Assembly: GCA_973895155.1 (NCBI GenBank)
Contig: OZ316899.1
Coordinates: 2,563,455 to 2,627,454 of the forward strand
Length of the DNA: 64,000 nucleotides
From: Marsupella aquatica
Taxonomy: Eukaryota > Plantae > Marchantiophyta
Direction: 5' to 3'
Part shown: positions 35,941-49,000 of the stretch, in pieces
How the letters are laid out: each line of letters starts with the position of its first letter
Numbering within the stretch: the stretch's first letter is position 1
Position numbers and translations under genes: made by a program
Notes under the pieces: generated by a model
The model's database searches: none
Told to the model about the DNA's origin: nothing
What the model saw: only the letters and a program-made list of their open reading frames with translations

Positions 35941-37943
35941 TCAGAGTCAACAAACATTGCTTGAAAAAGTAGTTTGCATGGACAATGACTTGCCAATTTG
36001 GGTAGGAAAAGACACCCTGAACAGTTTGGGTAGTAGGAGCGACTTATCACTTTGGCGAGGATAATCCCAACACACATTTCAGGGCTCCAAATTAAAAGAC
36101 GGATTCCTACCCCGACAACTCTTCAACAGGTCCACAGCCTGTACAGGTGAGGTACCTCGATTCCCCTCCAGTAACTTCCATTATCTGTGAATTTCTATAC
36201 CCATTCTTCACTCCTAATGAGGGCTCTAGACACATTTCATTTCCATGTATCTCAGAAAAGAATACTGGAGGGACCAGGAGAACACCAGGTAGGTGCCAGG
36301 ATGACTCTCTGGAACAGTGATTGTACTTTGCCATGGAGTCATCCGACTGTCAACAAACATTCCCAACAGAGCACGGTAATTTAGGGTTGGGGGTATGGAG
36401 CGACTGGCAAATCCACTCTTCAAAAACCCCACGTTCACAACTGGTGTCGTTTACAACAATAGTCTGATAGTGACTGTAAAATTGCGAAGCGACTGGGAAA
36501 ATTTTAAGCAAGAATGTTGTTGCTTACGTGGATCTCTGTTGGGTTGAAAGTTCTCCCCTGCCTTTCAAAAGCTAGAAGGAAGACCGAACTCTTTAATGAA
36601 AGACTTCAAAGTCTACCCCAAAATAGGTGAATGCATTAATAATGTGCAAAGACGAAGCAGATATGACAGATTCTTGTGGGTCTAAACCCCTAAATTGAAA
36701 ACAACTTTGCCGTCAGTTTTAGATTGAAAGCATCTCTGGATGAATGTGCATTGTGCACGTTAACATCCAAAAGCAAGCTATCCTTTCTACATTCTCCAGT
36801 TAACATTTTCCTCCAGATAAAACCCATCAATTCTCAGAAACTTAGAATTGACCCTACCAATAGTAACCATGAACCTGAGCTTTGAAGTCGACCCAAAGCT
36901 ACATTTCTAAGATAATCCACTATGGAATCAGTTTTGTAAACCGAGGGTCCTTGGAAAGACCGACCTTTTATACCAACTTCAAGCAGGAAATATTTATGCA
37001 GAACGAGAGTGGCCACTACAATTAACAACAGGAAGAATAATAGACTTGAGCTAGATTCGGAAACTTTATCAGTGCTGTAAGGAATCACAAACGCGTAACA
37101 GAAGACAATAGATCTGTGCATAAAATGAGCAATGGCATTCAGAAAGTTGGATCAATTCAGAAGACGAGCGGATGCATTCAGTCTTGAAACAGTTTCTAGA
37201 CATATGATAATTAATGACTTTGAAACGCCACATAGCGGCTTCTTCACTACAGCTGAATAAGCCGTGTAATGTCAACAATTTGACACCTGGACACTTTCCA
37301 AGGTGGTAAACACTGCAATGCCCCGACTGCCTCATGACACACAGCGCAACTTGGCCGGCACCAATCATCCTTCATGATGGAAAGATTACATTTAGACCGT
37401 TACTTTACTGAGTAATAGTGTACATTTCATTGGGGTGAGAAATTTTCACCACTTGGACCAGACGAACAAGGGTTTGCTGAGGAAAAGGGGCGTGATGTTC
37501 AATGCCTGGGGGCAACTAACTTCCGTCACTGGAAGGGAGAAATCCAGGAGCATATTGCTTCTTATTAATACATAAGGAACGCAGAAAAATGGACAGGATA
37601 TTTGAGACAACGTCAAGAAGACGATGAAACAAATAACTTTAATTCTTACACACCTAAAAGTAATATGTACAATAGACACATAGAAGGACCGATACTGATC
37701 TTGACACTGGGGATTGAAAATTTACAAGGAGAACAGGAGAGACAAAACAGAAGGGGGGATGGGCAGAAGATTTCTGTTCCTCGCTCTTTGGAAGTTATAC
37801 ATACAAAGGAAAAAGATACGATGCCAACAGAGGAAGATTCTCTCACCTATCTCATCCAAAGACATTCACAATAAGCCATCTGCCTCATTCTCCATCTCCT
37901 ATTACCGAGATCAAATTGAGAGTGTCCGCCCCCCTCCCCCTCC

Positions 37944-37944
<1 letters not shown>

Positions 37945-37974
<30 letters not shown>
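37945..37974. repeat. (AC)15 microsatellite
   Basis: Direct reading. Confidence 0.95.
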
Positions 37975-37976
<2 letters not shown>

Positions 37977-38373
37977 CTTCCCCTTCTCTCCCCCAGAATG
38001 AAACCTCTACCTTAGAAAGTGCAGAAGAGATGGTGATGAAGTGTGATCGACCTCCCAAGTTAGGCAGGTGGTTTCCCTGCAATGGAAGAAAAACACCAAA
38101 CTTTTAAAAACCAAAATCTTGAAGCGACATCACAAGGAAGGGGAGGACATCTCCGAGCAGTTACCTCTCAGGGGCCAGGGGATTGAAGTCCGAAAGTATA
38201 CAGCTAACGTTCATTCTAGCCAATATATTAATACCATTACATAAATGTATGCCCACGTGCACCTTTCCCGCAAAAAACTATTTCTTTAGAGGGCTTCATC
38301 CATCTAGGGCATATGATCCATCGCTAGAAAACTTTTGAGCAAGCACAAACTCTCTTTAATCGGAACAGCAGCT

Positions 38374-40740
38374 TCAAAATAAAGGTGAATTCAGACACCT
38401 CTTCTTCAGAAAGAATTGCTTACCCGTGTTCTGCTGTTGATCATTGAGCTCGTTGCAGTCAGCATTTCCATTGCATGCAAGAGTTGTGAGATAGCTTTTA
38501 GATGAGCAGTCCGAGACACGAGATTGTGGGTTTGGAGAAGATAGCTGACGTGGAATATTGTCAACTCGCACAGATAAGTCCACACCAGTCAAGGAGGGCA
38601 TACTCAAAGATCCGGACGGCCCAGTCAGAGAAAATTCTGAATTCAGTCCTTCGCTAGTAACCTTTGAGGCCAAATCCGAAAGCTCCTGCAGAGGAGCTTC
38701 CAAATCAGGAGAAGCTGAAGTATGACTAGCAAGAGTCTCTCGCGCTTTCTCTAGAATTGATTGAAGGTACTTTCCCTGAGCTTCAATGCGCAGTTGGAGA
38801 TGTCTTTGCACCTACAACACCAGTTACTGGGCTTTAGTCTGACACTTTTCGAAACACAGCGGCACGCAAATCTACAATGTCAGCACATCTGCCTTGAACT
38901 AATTCGATCCCTACTTGCCATTCATCATGGTCACTTGGATAATTTGCAACCTCTAAGCTATTGATAATTTTTCGCTCTCGAAAGACCATTGCAAAAAAAC
39001 AACTGGTACCTCGAGTTGTTCATGAAGTCTTTTCTGCACTTCCATCTGCAGACGTAGGGCCTCTGTGATTTGCATACTTCTGCAGAAGTGAAAACCAAAT
39101 CAGAAGAGGGATTCTTGAGAGCTTGCGAATTAAAGCTCATACACATGACAGACTATTGCGACCCACACTTATGAATACTTACTCCTTAGGATTTTGAGAG
39201 ACAACATTGTCTGCAGGTGTACCCATAGCTGGTCCTAGTCCTTCAGACGATCCTGGGAACAGGAAAAGGGAGGTGAATTGTCAGGAAAACGGCCTTGAAT
39301 TACTAGCCTCGTTGGTGAGGACCAGCGCGAGTACCACGTTTACTTTCAGCTCAACTGAATTTGAACGTTTCACAAACGAGGAAAAGCAGTATGCGAGCTA
39401 GTCTGCCAGGATTTAGCCTTGTCCAAAAAGTGCAAAGGGGGCTAAGCTACCATAGCACTAATCTTTTGACTAGTACTAGATTGGGGGACTGAACTTTCAA
39501 GCAGGGATCTGATGTTTCTATGATCGGCAGTCCTTAGGGGAGATCGGAAGATGCCTGAAGACAGAGCCTCTTGTGCAGTTATATTTTTCAACGGTTAAAA
39601 AAACTGATGTTCATTCCTTTCAAAATATTTTCCAATTTATACTATCCTTCCTAATGAAGGGGGTCTCCTTGATCTGTCTTCAACGTGCAAGCAATGATTT
39701 CCACTGCACTCTTGCACTGGCAAGTCGCTGTTAGAAAAGATAAATTGAATCACACAATGACTTAGCTGAGCTCATCTCTCCCGCAAAACCGATAAATATA
39801 TCGAAGCATTGCCAGGAGGACACAGCGGGCCTTCACACATGTAGAACGAACTGCATAGATACACCTTTCATACAATGAAAGTAAACAGTGTCTCTGAAAG
39901 GAGTGCAAACCTTGGTCTTTGACTGTTTCAACATTGACCTCCTTGTGTAATTGTTTCCCTAGCCGATATTTCTGCAAGTAATGCCCGAACCTTGTGAGAC
40001 AATCGAATGCACAAAAAGAACACTTACACATCTTGCCCACAAGAAGGGTCCGAGACAGTCCAAGATCCCGAGCATTTGGGCTATCCACAAGACATGCTCT
40101 ATTCCGCCACGGGGAATGTAGTATTAAGAAGGTACTCTAACCACTACTTCGTTACGAAGGCTTTGACGACTGACCTGTGCATGCGTCTTTCTAGCGAGTG
40201 TTTCAATTACATCATCTCCAGTGGGTTTCAGAACAGGAGTTCAAACATTTCCGATCAGACTTGACGAGACGTCGAATTTAGAAACAAAAGTATGATGGTT
40301 TGGACAAGAAAACAAATACCTGGAGATGACTCTTTAAATGATAGAGAGTTAGGCCCTTCACTCCCATCACCCTCATGACTGACTTAGGCGTAGCTTCTGA
40401 AAGGTAACGAATTGTGAGTTCACACAAGTCTACACCAACAACACCGTGTACTGTAGTAGAAACAGTGAGGAACTTTGAAGAAGGAATCCAAAGTTTCCTA
40501 AATGAATGAAGCAAGCAGAGTTCGGTCCTTACTGTCCGCACCCCCCAGCTGAGTAACAGCATCCACAAAGCGTTCATGCAGCTCCGGGGTCCACCGCAGT
40601 CTCGGTTTAGGGTCCGCTGAAGTCACAACCCCTGAATCTCCTGGAAGGCTACCGCCGTACATGGACCTCTCTTGCTGGGACGATGTTGGACCTCGATGTG
40701 GTACAAGCGAAGTATTTGAATATTTCTTCATTTGGTACAT
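38374..40740 (-). CDS. MYB-CC (GARP) transcription factor, PHR1-like/APL-PHL2 type, 307 aa; exons 40533-40740, 40320-40396, 39911-39971, 39183-39252, 39010-39079, 38374-38811
   Basis: DPKPRLRWTPELHERFVDAV...GGADKATPK...LYHLKSHLQKYRL SHAQKY-type MYB; [41 protein letters not shown] coiled coil. All introns are GT-AG and the exons sum to 924 nt in frame. Confidence 0.95.
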
Positions 40741-43700
40741 TCTCTGTCTACCAAAAAATCAAATCGAGCTTCAGCTCACCACCAATCATTTCCAGTAGAC
40801 AAGATAGACCAACATTTGAAACAAATTAGAATCATCTTGACCGTGACACCATTCCAAGCCTTCGGAGCCATCAGGAGTTGGAATATATTACTGCTTCAGA
40901 CAGGCTGCTCTCCGGAAAAAAGCTGCCCGTCACGACTGTCCAACTTTTTAGTCTGGCATTCCACCTATTTCATCCACATATGCAAAGGCAGCTGATCAAC
41001 AAAAACCAATAGCGTCCAACTCAACCTGCTCCTAGCATCTACAACATACGAACTGATTTCAAAAGCGCCGACCACAAATAAGTTTACAACATTCAAGCTC
41101 AGAGAGAGATGCAACCCTTAGCCCATTCGGGTGACGAGCAACGTTTGAGATTTGTCACACGACCGTTTGGATGTTTTGTTAGTACTTCGGTTTTTGACTT
41201 TAAAGCCAACTGCATATACAATGGAAAGAATGATTGTCTGAACAGAAGTATCGTGAAATACCCAAGCGAACCAGAACCAGTACTCATGATGTTCCGAGGA
41301 TCATGAAGGGGCTACGAAAAGGCTACCTGTCTATCGGGCATTTACCCCCTCGAAATTCAGTTCTTCGAGAAACTTTCAATTATACCTATCACTCCACCGC
41401 TAAACACAGTCTCACGGCATTCGGTCCTGGGCGGCGTTCAATTCATCTAGGAGCGTAGAAAACAGCAATTTTGCACCCGAGATGAAATGGAGGACCCCTC
41501 GTCAAATGGGTTCTTAGGACGAAGCGGCTCGACAAAGGGGACAAACATGGAGGGCCCGACCCTGGCCACATGAGAGACCATAAGCAACTCACAATAAATA
41601 GTCTCACCTCCCACCCTGCACAGCGATTGAGAAACTTCCGACTAGCCTTTCGTCCATTGCATCTAGAAATTGATGTACTGGCCAAAAATTGCCAGTTGCT
41701 ACCGCCGATCTCTCATAATTACATGCGTGCTGTGGTCATTTCTAAACAGGTTACAATGTCCTCAACACCCTCCCCAAACTAGATCCCAGGGTCCCTTCAA
41801 GCTACATTCAAAACGCGGCATAATTACGCCCAGGCTTACTATGATATCCTATCCGGTTATGCTCCTCTCTACGTTCTCTTTTGTGTACTTCCCGCACGAG
41901 GGTAAATCGCCTTGACCATTTTATTTTGAACGAAGAGCAACAGAAATGGCGTGAACTTGTCTTCAAAAAATACAAGTCAGATAACTAACAAATCATTGGC
42001 TCTTTCTCAGACACAAATCTTACTCTATTCAATGCTAATCTGCTTTAGCAAAGATTGCCCATTCGAATAGAAATTCTTCGGGCAGAACACCTTCAATTGA
42101 GCTCCCCTGACGAACTACCCTGAAAATCTGATCCTGTACGCGCACTCGATCTACGGAATCCCTATGCATCGCACGCAAATTAATGACTACTGGCATCACT
42201 TTGACCCTTATTGTGCATCTTACCAAATTAGTTTACTTTCTCCTTAGGTGGAGTACAGCCAACTTCTGCGCCTTGATTTCTTACACAAATTTTCCCCACC
42301 TAGACTTGCTTGCAACGATTCTCGTCCCCAGACGTATCAAATCACTGAAAGGTCTTGCCAATCAACTGATCGAAGTAATATTCCAAATTGGCTGCTTGTA
42401 AAATTAAGATCATCTTGCACTCGCTCCTCCCACCCTCGACAAGATCGCACCGGACTGCACTAGACCTAGCTGGAACAACTGGCTCGACTAGACGTAACTT
42501 CCTGTCGCTCAAGTTTAGACTAAACGTAACTTCCTCGTGGCAGCTGTCGAAGTTCGAAACGTGTCGCGAAAGATCTAAAGAGTTTCGAACTGAGCATCAC
42601 TTGCAACTTGCTTGTCGAAATCTGAACGCACCAAAAATGAAAACACAACAGAGTGCGTGTGCAGTGAAACTCAACACGGGAAAAGAACGCACCAACAATG
42701 CAACCCACAACAGAGTTCTTGTGCAGTGAAACTCAACTCAGTAAAATAAAGGTTTGCCTTGCCAGGTACCGCAGAATCGACTTCCAAACAGTCACGTCTA
42801 AGGAAAACTCGGACTGCCATATTTACTTCCCCTGGTGATTCCGTCTTTAGACTTCTCTGCCCGGATGGACTTCAAGGTTTGCTAATATACTTGGATAGAA
42901 TTTTGCAGCAGGGAAGGTCCAAATGTTGATAGTTGCTCAGATAGCACATTTTACACTAAAGATTAAAACTCAAGGTGGTATGAACCACATCTAACCAGTG
43001 CCTGTGGATGATCACCTTCAGGGGTGGATTTTACCACAACCTCTCAAAGTCTCAACATGCACTTTAGCTCATTGGAAAGGGCATCCATGAGCTGTCCGAT
43101 AAGCCAATTTTTTTATCACATTTGGAAACACCTTGCCAAAAGCAAGACAGCTTTCAAGACATCCTCTACTCAGTTGGTCAACCAGTAGACGTCTATATCC
43201 TGTCATGACTAAGGGGTATGAGGTATGACATCCATCTGCATTAGGTCTAGGTCCGTTAGGGCATACATAGAGGGCTTTGCACTTGGATGGACCTTACTTG
43301 GATGGACCTGTGTCAATTAGCCTGACTACCAGGAGGATAAGTGAATAAATGACAGAAGTCTTAGGTCCTTTGTAAATGTACTAGGGACACTAAGACCTAA
43401 GACTGGTACTGGTCCACTAAAAGGTCATTTTCAAATATTATTGTGGGAGATATACTTAGTGGACTCCTACAGCTTCCCAATGAACCAAAGCTTTCAGATT
43501 CTCTTCCAATGGACTCAATGTTTCATATTCTCTCCTAGTCGAGCACACTCCATACAGCCAAGTTCTTGTGAGGGGCTCTACTACCCAGTTCACACTTACA
43601 AAGTAGCCTCATCTGACCATGGTTGGTCCTGTGTAGTAATGGCAAAGGGTGACTGTGGATTGCCACAAGGACTTAGGGCCGTAAGTAATGGAGCATGCAA

Positions 43701-45244
43701 GCGATGTAGCCCCCCGGCATCCCACCTTGAATACATTGTGACAATTGTATTCAAATTACAAAGGAAGGGGTTTTTGGACGCATTAGAGCACCAAACACCA
43801 AGTCGTGGACCTCCCCACAAAGTGCCCTTGTCAAACTTGCTCCCCTCTTGGGCATGGCTCAATTGGCAGCAATAACACGGAAATTTGAATAAACTAACTG
43901 CAGCAACCTCCTCCACTGCGACAAAATATGTAGTTGCATTTATTCCACCAAGATTGATAGTCATTGACTCAACTCCTCCTCAGCCATGGCTTACACAGTC
44001 ATAGACACCGATCCCCAAGGTGAATACTCTAATCAAGGTAGCAAGGGACAACTTGACCATTGTCTTGTCTCAAGTGCAACAATCATAAGTAAATTGATCA
44101 GCAAATAGAACATCCACACTCTGCCAGTCTTGCCATGAGCGGACACAAAGGGTTCATGCCCATTGCTCATCCTAAGCCGGGTCCTAAGCATCTCTACCAG
44201 GCACTAGCTGATCACCCTGTCTCTCGAGGGGTTCACTTCACATGAATTAATTTGGGGTATCACGTGCAATCCTAGCCTAATATAAATACTCCTATTTTAT
44301 AACAAAAATATTCTAAGTATTCAATATCTTCAATATTAATGGTGTATTTACTTTATAAAAGGTATATATTGAGAATATTCAATCAATTTGAGTGTAAAAT
44401 GCCTTCTTTTACTACCTAAGTTTTTAAAATAGCTGATCTCCATCAAAAACACTTTATATTGGATTGCATGTGGTTCTTGCAACTTTTGAAAGTTGAGCCC
44501 CCAACCCTGCCTTCACAACATGCTCATGGCCCTATGTAACTAGCTTGTTGTAAGCCTATTTGAATGTGTCAGGACCAGCCCATGTTTGACTCCATCCCTC
44601 TCAATGAGTACAACTCAACTTAGATCATTTGGGCATGATGAGCTTTTCCCTCAACACCCAAGTCTACTTGCTTGGCGAGGCTGTTGAGTGAAATGACCAT
44701 TACTCATAAGATAGCATGCACATATATAACATCCACCAAATACACAAGTAGTCCACACAGGAAATATGTGGTTGATCTCACTAGAGGTGGCATCTATGAT
44801 GTTAGGGTTTTAACTCAACCTTGGCCACGTTAACTAGAGTAAGTTAATCAAAGTTAACATTACTTAACTAGACACTTCATGAAGATATAACCCTATTTGT
44901 ATCCCATGGAGAGAGTGTACTTAATTGAGAACTTGGTGTGAAAGAGAAAGAGAGTTTTGACTATGGAGCTATGGTGAGATATGCATTTTATGTTCATAGT
45001 GAAGCTTTTGGTGCAACCGTGGACATAGCCCAGACGGGATGAATAGTACGTGTATTTTTGTATTAGTGTACTTGAGTGTTATGTGTTGGATGTTTTTGAG
45101 ATGTGATGTCCATTTCAATCCTATAATTGGTTGTGGAGATTTGGTATGGGATCAACTGGCATCTTTGTGTCTCATCAACAAATTTTGAGATGCAAGGGAT
45201 GTGTTTATGATCCAAATGATGCACCAGTTTAGGGTTTAAATGCT

Positions 45245-45957
45245 CTGTCATGACATACAGTATCGTAGCCATAGTGTATCAAAAACATACAAAGCACTGG
45301 CAATGCACATGTGCAAGCCGCTAGTAATCAACATGCATAGAAAAAGTCCCATCACATTTACAAGTGCCAAGGAAAAGCAAATGAGGTGGTATGTACGTAG
45401 TGGAGGTGTAAACCTCTGTATATAAAAGGCGTAAGAGAAACAAATGTACTGAAATCAAATCAAAAACCGGCGGGATGCCAAGATCGGCCGGGAGCATCTG
45501 ACGAATCACTATGTGAATCCCGTGTATGGAACCGACGAGCACTGTCTGAGCTCTGTCAATAGCAATTCAAGAAGAACTGAAAACCAACAAAGAAAGACAT
45601 GCCCTAAGTAAGCTAAGTCTCGGCGTCACACTAACAAGCGCATTTGCTTCAAGAACACCTTGAATTTGCTATAAGAACATGTTGCTAACTCAAGTAGTAC
45701 ACTAGCCCTAACTACACACCTAGCGGGCATGCGAGGGACGTGTCGATGTGCATAAGAGGCACTGTCCCTTGGCATGACAACTGTCGTGACATATAGTATT
45801 GTAGTCATAGTGTATCGAAAACATACAAAGCACTAGCAATACACATGTGCAAGCCGCTAGTAATCAACATGCATAGAAAAAGTCCCATCACATTTACAAG
45901 TGCCAAGGAAAAGCAAATGAGGTGGTATGTACGTAGTGGAGGTGTAAACCTCTGTAT
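45245..45957. repeat. 177-bp direct repeat (45245-45421 and 45781-45957), probably LTR pieces of the PHD-gypsy element
   Basis: High identity by eye. The right copy abuts a G7 polypurine tract on the minus strand (45958-45964). Confidence 0.7.
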
Positions 45958-46039
45958 CCCCCCCAGACCACAGCCAAAAGGAGGGCTAAAGAAAAGTCAG
46001 GTAGCACATGGAGCACAGGAAGGGCAAAACCATAACCCT

Positions 46040-49000
46040 TGTGGTGCGTCCCATGGCTCCCCAAACCCAAGAAACCCCCCTGCGTAGGCCGATTCCCGCA
46101 GGTTTCATCCTCGGCGAGGCCGTTTCAGCGGCTTAGCGGCATGGGACACTGCTAACTTCCTTCTACTACTATTATTAACATTTTACACACATATACTGGA
46201 CAGATCCTTCATCGGGTCATGAGATACTTAGCCGGCCTAATCTAGGCCTTCCCTTGTATTCCCCTCCTTTTCTTTAGGTATATTTGGATTCCGCCGCCGG
46301 AATGATCCCCAATTGGCTTGGTTAAGCCGCTAAGACCTCTCTCAGCTCGACACATCCAACTCTCACTCCCTTGCTTACTTCCCTTCATCTATTAGTTGAT
46401 GTGGGCACTCTTCACACAAGTTAATGCGACACACAAATAGCAAAATGACTCCTTCTGACTGAGTTATACCATGCACTTGCCATACAAACAGTACATCTCA
46501 TACACAAGTTCTACGAACTAAGCCGTGAGGCCAACTCTTATCAGCTCTTAGGCATGAGGAAACATGAATATACACAAGGGTCACTGTATAACTAACCGAG
46601 AGCTTCTCTTACTACTTGATCCCAGCCCTGCTGGTGCAACTAAAAACTTGCTAAGAAAGAGGCCCTAGACTCCTCGCTGCCCAGGTACTTATCCTGGAAG
46701 TGGATCTGCCAATTCTTAGCAGCGTAAGCTTAATCTATCCTACCTATAATCTACCTAACTGTAATCTACCTAAGTACACCGAGGCAGGAGCACAAGTGTT
46801 GCTCCTACCAGTGGATCCGCAATCCCACTAATCTAAGTGTCAGGGCCATCTCCTGGTCTTGATCCTCAGCCTAAACTTGGAGATCTGAGCCCGCCTGCCC
46901 ACTCACGCCTCCTACCTCCACGTCCGCCCTTCCTAAAAGGAACGACGCCCTTGCACCGTCACGACACCGGTGGTGGATCCTCAATGGACGCCCCCAACGC
47001 TTCCCCCGCAACCACTGCCATCGGTCCTTCCTCTGACAGATTACCTGCCCCGGACCGAGTCAACTCTTCATCGGCCTGACTGGGTCCACCCTCGGCTTTG
47101 GCATCAGTATCGGCCACGGCCTCCCCGACTATGGTTTCCTCGGCTGGCTCTAGTGGTGGGTTTGCTACCACAGCTTCATCAATAGTTGTCCCGGCCTCGG
47201 CCTTGCCATCCCCACCTTCCTTGACAGGTGGATCCATTGTCGTGACCATGTCGGAGGTTGGTGTCGGGTTTACCTCCTTGGTCACAACGGCTGGAGGAGC
47301 CGTATAACTCCCAGACCCAGAAGGTTTTTGCTTCTTCTTCTTCCCTGTTTCGGCAGCTGGTCCCTTCCCTTTGCCACTTACCTCTGGCACCAGGGCGTGT
47401 GTCTTGGCTTGTCCTTCTGCCAGTACCACTCCTGGTAACGGGGTTCCCACAATTGGAGTTGGAACAGATGAAGCTAAGCACTTAAATACTACGGCCTGTT
47501 TCTTCAGCCACTCCGTTTGGTTGTCGGCCCGCCGCTGTAAGTTCTCCATCTTCCGCGTGCTTTCCTCCAACTCCTCCTGCAATTCATCCAGGTCTTTCCT
47601 TGCCTCCTTCAGCTCCTTCTGGGCTTCTTCCAACTCTTTCTGGGCTTCCTCCAACTCTTTCTGGGCTTCCTCCAACTCTTTCTTTAAGGTAGCCCTCTCC
47701 TCCTGGGTTGCTCTCAGCTCCTTGTCGAGCTCCGTAACGACCTCAGACTCCATTTTATTCATCTTGGCATAAGTTTGGTCGAGCTGGTTGTCTTTCTCGC
47801 GGAGGTCGGCCTTGAAGCTGGCCGTCATGGATGCAAGCTCCTGCCGCAACATGATAATCGCCTGATAGGATTTCCCTAACTCGGCCTCCTTCTGCTCTAG
47901 GGCTCCGTGGATATTCTCGAGTTCCCCCTTCAACGCCCTCTCCATTCTCTGAGTCTCCATCATGGCCCGGTTGTTGGCTGCTATGTGGGCCTCCTCTGCG
48001 TCTCTCAGCTCTCGCTTCCACTTCTCCCTTTCTTTGACCGCCTCGGCCAACTCTCCTTGGGTCTGAGTTAGTTTATCCTTGATAATCTGATTATCAGACT
48101 GCGCGGTATCCAACTGCCCCTGCATGATGTTTAGCTCATGCCGTTTAATCCGTAGCTCATCTTGGGCTTTCTTGGCCACCTTTAGGTCTTCCACCTCGGC
48201 TTCCATCTCCCTAAGCCGCCGGATGACCTCGTCCTTCTTGCTTCTCTCCAAAGCCATTGCTTCTTCTAATTGGTGCTTCTCCAATATCTCCCTCTGGAAA
48301 AAGGGTCCCTGCTCCAACTCCTCCCCAAAGATGCTGAGCGCAAGTTCCCCACACATCTCCCCGTACTCCATGGCTCTATCTTTAGCATAGGTGGAGTAAG
48401 TAGAAGTCATCGGCATCAACCACCTCGGCCTCTATTCCCAAGCCGCCCTGCGGATTTCTTCTATGGTGGCAAGAGGGTTGCTTCTTTTTTCGGCAAGCCG
48501 CCTGATGTCCTCCGGCCAATCTCCTCCTGGTAAATCTTTCTCCCTAGCCAGGGCTGCCTTCTCTTCCTCTCTGAGTCACTCCTGAAACTCTTGTGCCGTC
48601 TGCTTTATGCCGTCAAAGCTCGGGGGAGCGACATCTGGTGGGGGGGACTCGGGGCTGCTCTATTGGGTGGGATCCCCTCGAACTACTCTTGGAAGCGTGG
48701 GGATAAAGCAGCCACAGGTTCTTACTCCTGCTACATGATGATCCAACCCATAGCCGGAGTTATCATTGCTGTAGTCCTCCACCGCCTCCTCCACTGCTTG
48801 GACTCCCGGCTTCCCCCTCTGTTCTCCTGGTCCCGTCGTAAAAACGGCCTCATAGATCATGGGCCTTGGTTCCTCCTCTGGCTTCCAGGCTGTCTTCTCC
48901 CTCTGCTTTCCGCGGGCAGGAGCCTTAGGCTGCTCTGCCTCCGATTCGGGGCTAGAGGCTCCCACATACATTCGAACTCCCGGCTCATGTTCTGGCCTCC

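Larger units (their letters stand above)
33346..35952 (+). repeat. Copia 3' LTR with two nested insertions; right end tentative
   Basis: After removing 33350-34830 the junction reads PPT GAAGGAGGG + TGTTGGAAATC; a candidate end ...GTCAACA at 35952. Confidence 0.65.

Noticed and set aside
43441-44150. ORFs of 122-144 aa upstream of the MYB-CC gene
   Set aside because: No recognisable motif, non-ATG starts, no splice support; probably decayed TE sequence.
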